Positions 25,001 to 39,021 of a DNA stretch of 64,000 bases are shown here, in pieces; position 1 is the first letter of the stretch, and each line of letters starts with the position of its first letter. Where the stretch lies: the NCBI GenBank assembly GCA_016748015.1, contig JAAOMT010000176.1:1-64000 (forward strand). The letters are read 5' to 3'. Source of the stretch: Geosiphon pyriformis uo1. Lineage: Eukaryota > Fungi > Glomeromycota. The position numbers were made by a program, and so were the translations under genes. Under the pieces are notes generated by a model. The model made no database searches, had not been told where the DNA came from, and saw only the letters and a program-made list of their open reading frames with translations.

Positions 25001-27004
25001 GGACCTTCTACATCCAAATTAGATATGATCTGATCAATTGTCTTGGTCTTGGTTATATGATCAAAATGACGGGATCCATTTTCGCCGATAAGTTGGATAA
25101 GTAAAATATGAGAAAGATACTTATTTTCTTCCGCGAATCCTTGGATGCAACCTAGCTAGTGATTTTGAAGTAGAATACCTGGATTTTAATACGTTAATTT
25201 CCTATAACAGATGGAGAATCAGCTTACGGTATGTTTAGCAGCCTTATGTAAATATTTCTTATGGTCAATGAGATTGTTGATAAAGCACTTCATAAAGTTT
25301 TTTGTAAATAGCACGGAAATTTGATCTTTTGGCATCTTGGTTAATGTCTTTTCAAAGAACTGGAATCCCCAAAATCTTCGCTTATGAGTGGAGTCCGTAT
25401 CGAATAGACAATCTTTAGATAAAAATGAAGGAAAAAATTTAGTTGTTTTATCGATATTCAGCTTGAATCACTTTGATTAGAATACCATCAACAATCTTTT
25501 GCCAAAAGATATGAAATGGGAGATTTGTTATTTTTTTTTCGACGTCATGAGATCCCTGGTCAGGGAAATTTCCAAAATAGATGTTAAGAACCCTATCCCA
25601 AACAGAATGAATTCTTCCTTCCGGATGTTGGTCTTCCCCCGAGTCCTTTGGTGACGTCACCTTCCAATTTTAATCATTAATAAGTTGAAGGTGTTACGTT
25701 AAATCAAAAATAGCGAAATAAAGAAAATCCTATACTTCAAGAGTTTCTGCTAGCTTTTGTATATTCTTTGGATGTAAGAGAAGTTCCTTCGACCATCCAT
25801 GGCGATGAGTAGAATTACGATGGAGAATCTTCTTCCATCGCTGGCTATTCCGTAATAGCTCCTGTAAAAGCAGGTAAATTTATTTAGTCATATTAAAATA
25901 CCTAAATTTTTAAATAATCTCTTAATTTGAATTCATACTTGATAATGCTCTTGTAACGCTAAAGCGAAGTTAAGATCATCACAGGTTTGGATACCATGTT
26001 GAGAATCTTCAAAGACTTTTTCCAACAGATACTCAACAGCGCTATTTTCATACGGTTGGTTCTTCAACTAATAAATAAATGACCTTTTTTTTAGCAGCAA
26101 CATTGTTATACATAGATTTGTGTAAAAATAATTTGGACGAGTGGACTTACATGAGATATTGTTGATATAATGATATGATAACATGTTTCTTTGACATAGG
26201 ATTTACGCCGAGAACAAAGTAATAAACCTTGAATAACATCGCGATAATCTTGCTCATTTGAAACTTCACGCCAGAGAATCCCAGATCGAACAATACACAT
26301 GTACGCAAAAACGCGTCCAAAGATCGTATCGGAATTATCCTAGGAGATCGGGGAAGATGTATTTTAATATTTAATGAATCAATGGGAAATAAGAGATCTT
26401 GTATTCGAAAAACAATCACTTGTTCTTTCTTTGAAGAAAACGGACAAGCCTCATCGATAAAAGGAATTAATAATTTGTAGGAAATAAATTTCAGACTTGC
26501 AAGAAGCTAACCGAAAGAAGACAAAAGATGTGAGAAAAAGTGGAATACAAAAAATCGTGAGCAAAAAACCGATTAATAAAAACATGCCTCTATAAGTGCC
26601 AAGGCAAAACCGTGTCTTGCACCCTGACGCGAACTACTCAAACCACGGGTTAAGCGGATCAAAGAGTAGACTATGTCTGGTCCATAGTGTTTTTCTAGCA
26701 CCTCGGTAGCTCTAGAAGTAAAGACTTTCATTGTTAAAATGTCAAGAAAAGTTTGTTCTTAGCATACATCCACAAAGATCAAAAAGTATAGTATCAACCT
26801 CACAAAGTTTAGATTTTCATTTTCCTTATTTCCAGTGAAAAAATTCACGGAGGAACCCACCAACCCTTCAATCTTAAGGTGGTCGTTGTAAAGCGTCTGA
26901 AGGTGAAATAGAAGCTCGTTGGCGGCCGTTTGTCTTACTACAGTGTCCAACGAGGCTAATGACCAAAAGTAGTCATAGGTACTCTTTACGTCGGTATGCT
27001 CCAT
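22025..27004 (-). CDS. POL5: DNA polymerase phi / MYB-binding protein 1A family nucleolar rRNA-biogenesis factor (multi-exon)
   Basis: N-term YFWSLASLD..VRQTAA, YSLIRLTRGLSSSRQGARHGFALALIELL, PEGRIHSVWD, STHKRRFWGFQFF, EPIEVIVDILLGFL..PSAMLR, acidic tract, AKHQVIHFKNKVLDLL. Last exon 22025-22035 gives ...EKDDA*. Confidence 0.92.
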
Positions 27005-27200
27005 GCCGAGAAGGTCTGGAGTTTACTTTCGGGATCTTGACTGGTTTAAAAGATTTTGAAAATTTCCATTGAAATAATGTTTGAACATGATCTATCCAAT
27101 CAAAAAGATTTTCATGAAACTCAAGCTTGATTGGTCCTGGTATTTTATATAGTCCATTTGTTGGAAAAATTTCCATAATTTACAGTTCTGAAATTCCACG

Positions 27201-27797
27201 ATGGTATGTGTTTTTCGAATATTGAAAGGGGTAGAAAAATCACAAACCATAAACATTTTTCTTTTTTAATATTAGCCGAAACAACTTCACGACATTAAAG
27301 AATTCCTTGCTTTTGCCCAACGAAAGGATGCTAAAGGTTTGAAAGTTTTTTGCCTTTTATCTAAAAATTTATTTCATTTCACATCAAACTCATAAGTTTC
27401 GGATAAATCATCTCTCTGTTAACATATATTATCGGGATCCCCTCTCATTTGAACATAACATTAACTAGCAACTCGCATCAAGAAAAAGAAGAACGGTACT
27501 AGTGTAAAGTTTAAGCTTCGTTGCGCTCGGTACCTTTATACCCTCGTTCTTGAGGACGCAGAAAAGGCTGAGAAGCTTCGAAAATCTCTGCCCCCTGGTA
27601 AGTATTCTATGTGCTAAAAACTTGAAAAATAATACGCATTGATGATTATTTGCTTTTGATAAATTTTCTTTTTAAGAGTTATATTTGATCCAATTGTGAT
27701 TATAAAATTTTTGTTTTTGAAATTTTCGATTTTACAATGCATAAGGCTAAAGTTATTCTTTACATTGATTATAGGTCTCACGGTAACAGACGTCTAG
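27201..27797 (+). CDS. RPL38: 60S ribosomal protein L38 (4 exons: 27201-27203, ~27276-27336, ~27469-27597, ~27775-27797)
   Basis: Spliced product [71 protein letters not shown]. Confidence 0.96.
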
Positions 27798-29263
27798 AAT
27801 GGGTTTCACTAGTGTATAAGCATATTCAGGTGTACCAAAAAGAAATTGATCAACAAAGGAATAAATTATTATGTTGGTAATGATAGCATCAAAAAAAACT
27901 GATTTTCAATTCTAAAAATAGCATCAGATTCATTTCTTCTTGCAATGGTGATGGCATTGATTCAGTATTGAACAGATTTCTGTAAAGGATCGTTTCTAAT
28001 AATATGTTCATCTGAAATTCTGATTCCTTGACACACTTGTAACTCTAACCAGAGTGAAATAAGCTAATAATTGTTCAATCTATATCTATATCATGCTTCA
28101 GATTTTAAATTTTCTAATTTGTAAAGATAATCTATGGATACCCTTGTCAAAGGCTGGCCACCAATAAAATATTTGATAAAGGTTGAGCTGATCTCTCGGC
28201 AGAAAACAAAAAGCAAAGACATGAAAATCCAAAGAAGAAAGCAGCTGGATAGTAACTTTTGATCAAGAATGAGATTAAACATGAAAAAGATTCAATTGGA
28301 TCAAAAAAAGAAGATTCATTGGGTCAAAAAAGAAAATATCTCATTTATTGACAAGCTCATCATCGATAAACCATATGCAGGGATCCTAGGGTTACAAGCT
28401 GTTTTGAAAATAGTTTTGTATGATAAGAATTCTCGATAAATTGAAAAGAGAAAGAGAAAGAGAAGTAATTTTACTAATGGGTAAAAGAAGGAGAGAAAGA
28501 AAATAGATTAGTATGATACAAGATTATTACTTGTGTTGATTATTTAAAAATCTAAACGTACAAAACAATGAAATACATTTATTTATATAAATTTATTAAT
28601 CAAAACTTTTCAAGTGTATATGTTTATGAATTCGTATGTTTGTGGGAATGTGTAAATTTTTGATAAAATTATTATAAATACATATCAACCAAATCCCAAA
28701 TCTTTAACCAATTAAATAACTCAAAAAAATCCAATTAAACCCAAAAGAAAATATTGTCCAATTTCAAAAAGTTTTTTTTTTAGAAAAACAATCAGTTGGG
28801 AATTTGAGAAATGATCATACATTTTCGGTGTGATTACGCTAGTCGTTCGATCCATAAAAAATTAACCTAATTAAACCTATCGAAGCATCATCACCAAAAT
28901 AGACTGTTCCAAACAATGAATTAACCTATAAATTAAAAACCAGCTCAACTAACCAAGCGATTAACCTAAAAAATAAATAAATAAATACATATCAAAGAAA
29001 AATAAATAGTACTTTTTTGAGAGAAGTAACATGTGTACAGGGCCACAAAATTTTGTATATGTAAGTGTAGGTAAAATATAATAACAAGAGAAAAATCGGA
29101 ATTAAAAAAGAATTCTATACATAAAGAGTGTATGGTTCATATATAAATATATATATTAAAAATTTTCTACAAGTGTCTTGGAAAATTCTTTTCCTCGACT
29201 TGAGTGTCGATGGAGGAGTGGACAGATGGGTGATTTCACGGAATATACGATTATTTTTTTAGA

Positions 29264-31445
29264 TCAAATGTCATCATTGTTTTGGATTCGATCAGTTGTG
29301 CTCTTCCCGGTTGCAACAGTGAGCTTCTCACCTTCCACCGACAGATCTCGAATTTCCTCACCTTGAACCGTTTCCACGATTTCATTCGTAAAATTCTTTT
29401 TGTGGTCACTATTTTCGCTCATATCTTTGTCAGAAATTTCATCACCTTTATCATTGTTCACTTTTATATTTTTCCCAATTTTAATATCATGATTCTTGAA
29501 GTCACGATTTCTGATTCTCCTGGCTTTTTTTGCCGCTTTTAATTCTTCCGGACTAAGTGCCAGGATAATCGGGACTAATTCACCCTCACCCTCACCCTCA
29601 CCATCTTCTTCTTCATCATCTTCCTCATCATCATGATGCTCATCGTGATCAATATCATCCTCGGTCCCCGTATCCCTATCACGTTCTTCGTCAAGAACGA
29701 TCTGACCACGGGAGGCTGGTATCTCCAAAGAATCTGAGATATTTTCTCTGATAGACGATGTTTCTTCCTCGTTAAAACTCGAGAAATAATAGGATAGTGT
29801 CGAGGAATCAGTGATCACGCTTGTTGTTCTTTGACTGTTGCGTCCTATGGAAGCCGCTACTTCATCCGCATAATCGGGATCGAGTTGATCATCGTCCGAT
29901 AATTCGATGGATGGTTCGGGTGTAAAAGATTGCGAATTGGAAATAGCTTCTAGATTCGAAATAGATATCGAAATTTCGGACGTTGGTGTTGGTGGTAATG
30001 GGATAGTCGGGGGTCGTGATCGTGGTAGAGGCGTATACGGTAGCATGATGGGAATGTCTTGAAATCGAGATTGAGAAAATGATCGATGCGTGGAAGTTTT
30101 TGGTGAATGAGAGGAACGTGTTGATGGTGATGATAATGATGAGGAAGATGAAGATGACGAAGAGAATAGTAATGAGGAAGTGGAATGATTTGACGGAAAA
30201 CTTCCCACGCTCGATAAAGTCGTCGTTCGTCCACCATACGACGACGATAAAAATTGATGTGATGGTGACGTCATTGAAAAGTGATTACGATTTCCAGGTG
30301 ATACAGGAGCAGATATCGGAGTTGTGGGTCGTCTGTTACCATATGAAGTTCCAGTGAGGGTAACGGATAAAGGAAGATTCGGTGGTGGTGGATGACGTCG
30401 ATTATCCGCGGATGTTGTTCGTCGAGGTGATGATAATGGAGAAGGGGGTGGTGATCTAAGGGGTGAGCTAGGTGATGGCGGAGGCGTAACATTATATTGA
30501 GAATTTCGTGATGTTGACGTTGAGGTGGGAAAGTAAGATGTTTGTGTAGGAAGCGGAGATCGTGAAGAACGAGGTGGCGGCGTGGAAGACAGATGAAATG
30601 ATGATGGAATTCTGGGTGGGGGTGGTGGAGGACTCCTAGGTGGTGGTGGTAATGAATTTAATTCCAAAGCAGATGCAGATAGCAAGGCATTATGGGGTAA
30701 ATTAGTTGAGGTAGCATTAAAAGTGGATCGTTGTGTTCTCGTTGGCATGATTTGATTATTAGTATTTTCCGATATTCGGTTAGACCGTTTTTCCGATTTC
30801 GGAGGATGTGGTGGTAGTTGAATTGAAATATTTACGTTGGGCGAAGGAGGTGGTTGATTATTTATCGAATGTGAATGTGCTGTAGCTACAGATAATATCG
30901 AATTTACTGAACTAGATCTTGGTCTACCGGTCGAAACACTCGATGATATCAAGTCACGACGACTTCCCAAATTCAATGGAACTGTAATTTGGTTCGAGAT
31001 TGAAGAAGAATTGTGTTGCTCTTGATTGTCACCTAAAATAGATGTCATTGATGGATGTGATTGTTGTGGAGTATGAACACCGTGGGCATTCCTAGTTCTT
31101 GGCGGTGATAGTGTTTCCACGGGTGATGAAGGGCGTGGGGGTGGTAAATCCAAATCACTGATCCCTTCTTTGGTCATTCGTACTCCCACATCCTCCGGGT
31201 GTTGATCTTTTGAGGGGTATAATAATGATGTGGTATAGGTGGGAGACGGTGGAGCAGACGCGGAAGTACGTTGTTGATTTGGCCTCGGAGGTGGCGACAA
31301 TGAAGTTATCATTTGGGGGAATGGTCGTGGAGGGGGAGATAATGATGTTTGTTCGATGGCTAAACGATCTTTGATATCATTTATATGTGAAAATTAATAT
31401 TTGTAAAACGCATTGGAATTGATCGATTCATGATGATGATGATGG

Positions 31446-31496
<51 letters not shown>

Positions 31497-33670
31497 GAAA
31501 AGAGGAAAAAAATACCTGAAGAAAAGTGATGTGGCAATGGTTGTTTTCTCGAAGATATTGTGCCACCAATCATTGACCCCATTCTAGACGAACTTGTCAT
31601 CCTACTTGACATTGTCGAAGTAGGGGAGGAAGGTCTTCGTCGATGGTAATCATCTTGATTGACGAGAATTCTTTTTGTGGGTAATTTTGGAATATCCGGT
31701 AATTCTGTCATACTATATTTACATTTTACCACGGTAGCTTTTAACTCGTGTAACCAAGATTTCATATCATCCACATTTTCCGCTTGTAGATACCACTTTT
31801 TCTCACCTGACTTACTCACCTCCAAAACCCATAGTTTACTAGTGAAATGTTCAGTGACACAAACTATTGTATTTGCCGTCAATTCGAAATTGTCTGTCAT
31901 TTGAGATATTGAATCGGATGACTTGAAACAGTATAAAGTATTTTTTGCCAAAACAAAAAAACGTCTTTTCCACGATTTTGAAAATGTAAAACTTGGATTT
32001 TGATACCGTGCTAAATATCCAGTAAATACCACATTATTTTGAATACTCGCAACTGTCACCACTCCGTTAAAGGATGATGAGGAGATGGATGATAAACGTG
32101 ACGTATTACCAACCAATTCAGACACTCTTTCGGACACCTTTTCGACATACATTGAAGGAGATCGTCGAAGCGAATCACCCTCATCCAGTCCAAGAAGTCG
32201 ATTTGCCTTATTTGATTTATCCAAGTAAGTTCGATCATCCATTTGAGTTAGACCAAGAACTTTATTCGCTTTACTGTTAATCCCGATTGGCAAAGTAGTT
32301 GACAAAGAGTAATCCCTTTCATGAAATCTCGAGAATGATTTACTATCGGAGGGCAGTGATGATGATAAACCCAAGATTCGGCTCATTTTCCCTTGTGCTG
32401 TTATCATGACCGGTTTGTTTAGGATCTTATCTTCTTCCGGAGTGAGACCAAGGAATTTTCCGGCTTTGCTTAACTTTTCCGTTATGGGGTTTGCACCGTA
32501 ATCTGGCGAATTAGGCCTAGTTGAAGACTTTAAGGTAGTAGTAGTAGGTGGTGGTGACGTTGGTGTAGAATATTTTTCAGGGTTATTGACAGAAGAGTTT
32601 GAAGAGACAAACATAGTTTTTGTACGACTTCTGATTGATAATGATGAAAATTTTGAACGACCTAATATTCGATCCGCTTTTGAAGTGGAACCAGTGGATC
32701 GGTTAAGAGCTCTTTTTGACCAATCATCCTCTGGATCAGACAGGGAACCTTTTGAAATACGATTTGGTGAACTCTTTACGCCCGAAGATGAAGAAGATGA
32801 GGAAATGGAGGAGCGCAGAGATGATGCAGATAATACCGAGAAAATTGAACGAGACGAATTTTTTCGTTTAGAATCTCTTTTTTTGTTTTCAGTTTCGGCT
32901 GGTAGATTTATCGCCTGGTCAAAGGTTTCAGGAGCTGATTGAGTTGAAGCAGCGTCACCATTTGATGTACTCGTATTGGTCCCGGTCGATAGGCGATTAG
33001 CCGATACCATAGAGGTTGACTCAATTTCTCCGGAAGATCTTAAATTATTAATCCTTGATGTTGGTATTTTTTCACGAATTGGGGACACAGTAGCAGTATT
33101 AGATTCAGAGACGTTTGATTTAGTTTCTTCTTCTTCGGTAATTATTCCCAAAGTTTGTTCGCGTTCGTGAGTTACTTTATAATATTGATCGTCTAAATCA
33201 TCCAACAATTGACTGACTCGGGGTGAGATTCGTTGATTTTCCAACGAATCGAAATAAATGAAATTCGAATCTTCTTCAGTATCAAGTTTCTCGTCCAATG
33301 AGCTGCTCACGCTTGATCCAATTCCTGATTCTTTTGAAAGACGATTTTCTTTGGTTTTTGGCGAAGGAGCCAAAGGAAATACTAAATTATTTAAACTTGT
33401 TACAGTGTTTACAAGAAAGATTTCACCACCACCAACTTGTACAGTGGTACTATCTTCTGGGACTGCAGTAACAATAGCAGTAGCAGTAGCAGCAGGAGAA
33501 GGAATGCTCAATTTTTTTTGATTTTTAACGGTAACGTCAACTAGATTGTGAACACCTTGCTTATTTAAAGCCGTGACAACCTTTGCGTAAAAAGCTTTCT
33601 CGTCTTGTTTTTCTGGTTGTTGTTGATTGGAACTATTTTTAATTGGTGATAAACGATTCTTGCTATTACA

Positions 33671-33703
<33 letters not shown>

Positions 33704-33707
33704 GTCG

Positions 33708-33773
<66 letters not shown>

Positions 33774-34057
33774 TTATTATTATTATTGTTAAACTTTGAT
33801 ATAAAAGTTTTACTCGAAAGTTTTGCGGCAGCTTTTTCTCGTTCTACTTGAATGTCAGTTTTTTCTTTCAAGGTATTAGCTGTTCTCGAAATGATTGAAG
33901 TATTAGGAAGGAGGGTTGTTGTTGTTGTTGTTGTCTTATTATCAATAAAAGTTTGTTTGTTGATATTAATATTTTCCAAAGTTTGTTCATTCTTCTGGTC
34001 ACTTTGTGCGGTAAAATTTGAAGTTGAAACGACGCCTGAAGGATCTTTATCAAGCAT
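29264..34057 (-). CDS. Large (~1548 aa) low-complexity PH-domain protein; exons 34057-31516 and 31368-29264
   Basis: PH motif VFTGYLARY..SKSWKRRFFVL..NTLYCFK...WYLQAENVDDMKSWLHEL. A GT-AG intron 31515-31369 (phase 1) joins the two long ORFs in frame. Poly-N, Ser-rich, Pro-rich and acidic regions. Confidence 0.85.
31430..31496. repeat. (GAT/ATC)n microsatellite inside the intron of the PH gene
   Basis: Direct observation. Confidence 0.9.
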
Positions 34058-34154
34058 AGTGTTTAATAGCAAACTCTGGTGCCATGCAACCACACCCTAA
34101 TAAAGGTGCGTGGTTTTTTTTGTATAGTGACCGGCGGGGTGGGAGAAACGGTTT

Positions 34155-35763
34155 TTGGTATTATTATTATTAGTAATAGTAGTAGTAGTAGTAATAGTAG
34201 TAGTAGTAGTAATAGTAGTAGTAATAGTAGTAGTAGTAGTAGTAGTTGTAGTAGTTGTAGTAATAATAATAATAATAATAATAATAATAGTGGTGAGGGA
34301 AAGAGTATGAAAAAAGTTTGTTTTTAATATATAGATTTTAATGATAGTCAAAAAAAATAGACAATTAAAGAGCAAATGGATTAATTAAAAGTTGAATGGA
34401 GAGAGAGAGAGAACCGCAGATCTTTGACAAAGAATAAAAAGTTTTTAATAGTCAGAAAACAAAATGTCAAAAAAAGAAGAAACTTGAACTAATAAGGAAT
34501 AGGCTATCAAGTTTTTAAAAGTGAAGAAAGTATTACGTGTTGTGTTGTGTTGTGTTGTGTTGTGTTATATGCCTTGTGTACATCCACCACCACCACCACC
34601 ACCACCACCACCACCACCACCACCACTACTTAATTCTTTTGAATAAAAAGCTGCAGTGATTATTAAAATATTTTAATTTTGTGTTGGGTCGTGAATTGGA
34701 GGAATTTGGAACCAGAAAAAATGAAACGAAACGAAAAAGAAACGAGAGAGAACAAGTTAAAAAAAGTAGAACAGGATTGAACAAGAAAGAAGGGAAGGAA
34801 GTAAGGAAAGAAGGAAAGAAGGAAGGAAAGAAGGAAGGAAGGAAGGAAGGAAGGAAAATGTTTACTAATAAAATACAACCCTGCTTTTTATTTTTGGTAC
34901 AGATGACTAGCAGTTTTGAGTTAAGAGATATTAAAGAAAAAGAAAAATATATATGCATACATGCATTTATGCATATTTGGGAAATTGGAATATAAAAGCG
35001 GGGAAAGATTTAGAAAGAACTCAGGGTTTAGAATACAACGGTAACTGTCTCTGGTAAATCAAGAAACAACTTGTTTCCTTTTTCAAATCATGAAAAAAAA
35101 AAATATCATGATTTAAAAGAAGGTTGAACCATTCTACCAATAATAATAATAATAACCTTAAAAAGAAAAGAATTAGGAATACGAACCGTCCTTATTATTA
35201 CCATCGTTGACAATGCCAATATCGTTAAAGGGATTGTAAAAACAGCAAACCACCAGAAGCACATAATTAGTTATTAAAAGAGAAGGTTAAAGATTGAAAT
35301 ATATATTTTACTTTGGTTCGGCATTTTATTTAAAAAAAAATATATATTTATTATTATTATTATTTTCGGGAAACCAAATTGTTGATTATTTGGAAAATTT
35401 TGAGTTTATCAAACGTGGTTTATTTGCAAAATGCAAACTGCAAGTGATTTTAACCTTGTAGTAAACGATATTTCAGCTATCTTTTATGTGTATGTGCATG
35501 CATGTATATATATAAATATATAAATATATGTATGTATGTATGTACGTATATATTTGATGTATGTATTTATGTGTCTATTATGTTTTGTCTTGTAAAAAAT
35601 TCTACTCGCAAAAAATTTCTTGACACAGTACACGGAAAGAAATTAAATCTTATGCAAAATTTCAAATTTTTTTGTAGTTGTATGGACCCTAAAAATTGGA
35701 TCACAATAAAAAAGTATGATATACCAACATGCAATGAAACCGTTTCTTGAAAAACCCTTGAAA

Positions 35764-35807
<44 letters not shown>

Positions 35808-35945
35808 GATTTGTGTAATCATGATGTGATTTTTTCAATTCATGAATTTTTTTGTAGTCAGTTATTTTCTTTGAAATATTTTTATGAGAATTTTTAAATG
35901 TGATGTGATGTGATGTGATGTGATGTGATGTGATGTGATGTGAGT
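34155..35945. repeat. Cluster of simple repeats upstream of the PH gene: (AGT/AAT)n, (GTGTT)n, (CCA)n, (GAAG)n, poly-T, (TGTGA)n
   Basis: Seen at ~34155-34290, 34538-34565, 34583-34626, 34790-34855, 35766-35806 and 35898-35942. Confidence 0.85.
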
Positions 35946-37019
35946 GATATCATAAAAAAAATCTTTTTTATTTTTTTATTTTTTATTTTAAATAGAAAAT
36001 CATCATTAAAAAAAATAATATTATGTTAACTTTTTATACATAAATAGTTGGGAACCTTTATTTGAATATGGCGTTTTTTTTTAAACTGAAATTAAGTTTA
36101 AATTTTTTTTATTTATTTCGGTTTGAAAAATTTATATAAATAAATCATGATTTAGAATTTAAATCTTTTTCATGAAAATTATTTCTGAATTGATATTATT
36201 TTTATTTCATTTTATATACACAAATAAAAATAAAATAAAATAAAAGTTTTCTTTCCTTTTTTCTTTTTAATTATTATTTTTCTTCTTTTTTGTTCAAAGA
36301 TTGAAAATCCTATTGACTCTTTTTATATACTCGTTTTGTTCCAAATTTTCAAGTTTATATGAGATTATTTATAAAAAAATAAAAAAGATTTTCTTTCAAA
36401 AGAGTTTTAGCAACACTAAAAAAAATTAAAAAATTAAAAATTTTATTAAAGAAATTAAAGAGCAAAAAAAGTTATTTCTCGCTTTAAAAATATATTTATA
36501 TCTCTCTAATCTTTTTAATGAAATTTGTATCGCGAAAAAAGTTTCATGAAAAATCTATATTATTATGCCTGAAATAATCAAAGACCAGAGTGGCGACTAC
36601 CCTGTTAACAAAAAAATAAAATAAAAAGAACAAAAAAAAATAAAAAGAACAAAAAAAAAAAAGTATCAAGAAAATCGCGTGTCTTCACACCTACATTGTT
36701 ACTAGATAATCAATCAATCTGTGTCTTCTCACACAAAAATATTTGGTCTCAACATTATAAAATGACGAGAGTAGGACGTTAAGATTTTTCAAAATATTTA
36801 AAAATTGGATTTCCCAATAGTGTTTCACAATTTAAATTAATTCCCTACAATTTATTTTTATTCAAGCCAATCTGTTTATTTCCTTCTTAAACAATCATTC
36901 TGAATTCTAAACACTTATTATACCGGTCTGAACCTGTATCTCGATCAAGCTTCTCATGCTACTACATTACAATCTTTTAAATCCTCTTACTAACCCTTAA
37001 CCTTTAAATTTTCAAAAAA

Positions 37020-38469
37020 ATGGACACCTCAAGCAACGATAATTCCAACTCGGATTTCTCCAATGAATCTAACACTCATCTTGTTACCAATCTCAATAAT
37101 AAACTTGCCAAAAAATGTCGTAAAGAAATCCGTGCAGCTATGCGTTTCTCTCGCTCCGTTGGTGCTTCAGCTCCTGGGAAAGAACCGAATTTTCTTTCCG
37201 ATCCTGAACTATTTGCCAATCCTTGGAAATACGTAGCCCCCAGTCCCCAACTTGTTGGTCTTTACGTTCAAGGTTTACCTCAAGAGACTAAACTAATGTT
37301 ACGCGATGATTACGGTGTCTATCTCTCTGATCTCGAACTCAATTCTTCCTCTAATGAAATTACAAAGACTTTTTCATTTGCAAAATACCTGAAATCCTTC
37401 GAGTTCACATTAATTTGGGTCTCAATAGTTCAATTTGTTAAACGTCGTCTCATACCACAAGATGCGGGTTATTATGGCCCTACCTATTCAATCATGTTGG
37501 GAATTTTTTGGTGTCTTGCACCTGGCGAGGTTACTGCTTTGAAATTTCGTCGTCATTTAGATTCATTCCTTTTTCAACATCATCCCTTTCTCCTCTTTAC
37601 CAAGCCTTTGGTTCACTTTATGTTGGCACATTTAGTAGAGTTGACTTATGTTGGTGAGCATAGAAATTTGGAGCCTTTGATTGCTTTCGTCGGATTCTGT
37701 CGAAATTTGGTGGGTTTTTGTAAGAATCAGGATGTGTGTTTTTATTTATCTCTTTAAATTCCCACTCCCCTATCACTCTCGATTAATATTAACTTTTTTT
37801 TTCTTCAATTAATAGAGAGTCCTTGATATTGACCTTGGCCGTACCACTGATATTCATTCCTCTCTTTGGCAAATTGAACAAGACCATCTGGCACTCATTC
37901 ACTTAATCTCTAAAATTCTTCACCTCAAAATCTTTCTTCTTCGTTCTGTTCCCGCGTCACTTTTTCCTATAAACCTTTCACCAATTATTAACGCTCTTGC
38001 AACACATCATTCTAACACCTTAACAACTCTAATCCTATTAGGAATTGAGTTTCAAAACGGTGGTGACAAAGATTTACAGGGTATTGAAAACCTTCACCAT
38101 TTAAAAATGATTCAAATCACAGGATGTGCAAATATTGTGAAAATCAGTTGCTTAAAAAGAATTAGTTGGCGAGAGTTACAAAGGGTTGAGGTATATGCGA
38201 ATTTTGATTCAACGGATGAGTTGAGGGTTTGGTCTAAACGGATGAAGAAGAAAATTTATGAAAGGATCAAAAAGGAAAGGACGAATAATATCAAGAATAT
38301 AGAGAATGAGAATGAGAATGAGAATGAGAATGAGAATGAGAATGATGCGACAATTAAGGAAAAGGTAGAGCTAGACGTGGAAACTGAGCTAACGGAAAAA
38401 AAAAAGAAAAAAGAAAATGCATCGGCAACAAGAGGGAATCAAAAAGGAAAAGAAGTGATAAAAGATTAA
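37020..38469 (+). CDS. F-box/RNI-like LRR-family hypothetical protein; exons 37020-37709 and 37816-38469
   Basis: Intron gtgggt...aatag joins CRNL|RVLDID in frame. LRR-like units (LTTLIL, LKMIQITGC, LQRVEV) and FSFAKYLKSF resemble the expanded Glomeromycotina F-box/LRR family. Confidence 0.6.
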
Positions 38470-38966
38470 TTACGTTAGTCTTACACTTAAAGTTTGGGGT
38501 TTTGTTGATACCATTTGAGCTATAATTTCGAAAATGGAATTTTAAATTTTTCAGTTTGATAAATTGAGAACTTTTTTTAATTAATTTTTTATTTATGTGA
38601 CATGTTTTCAAAACTTTGATCGTGTTGTTAAACAAAACGTTTCAAGAATTTAATTTTTAAAGTTCAATCGAAGCATTTCTGTTTATTTACCGTATTTCTG
38701 ATATTTCAAATAATTGTAATTTTTCCTTTTAAATTTAATAAGGTTACAATTTAGGGTTCATTTCAAAACAAAGAATAAAAATTATATCGAGAATTGAAAG
38801 TTTTTAAAATTGGGTTTTTCATGAACCCTGTTACTCTCTTGAAAAAAAAAAAAAAAAAAACGATAATCCCTATTTACTTTATTTACTTTATTTACTTTAG
38901 ATGATTAAAGAAACACAAAAATATTTTGATTCTCAAATTATCTATTGTGTGACTTCCAATAATAAC

Positions 38967-39021
<55 letters not shown>

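Noticed and set aside
27598-27774. Intronic box C/D snoRNA in RPL38 intron 3
   Set aside because: A TGATGA is present but there is no terminal CTGA box D or terminal stem.
31394-31515. Poly-histidine C-terminus of the 899-aa ORF as a metal-binding tail
   Set aside because: It lies inside a GT-AG intron (31515-31369) whose removal fuses the two ORFs; it is an intronic (ATC)n microsatellite.
34097-34995. ORFs 34097-34375, 34626-34958 and 34681-34995
   Set aside because: They are open only because of simple repeats and show no protein-like complexity.
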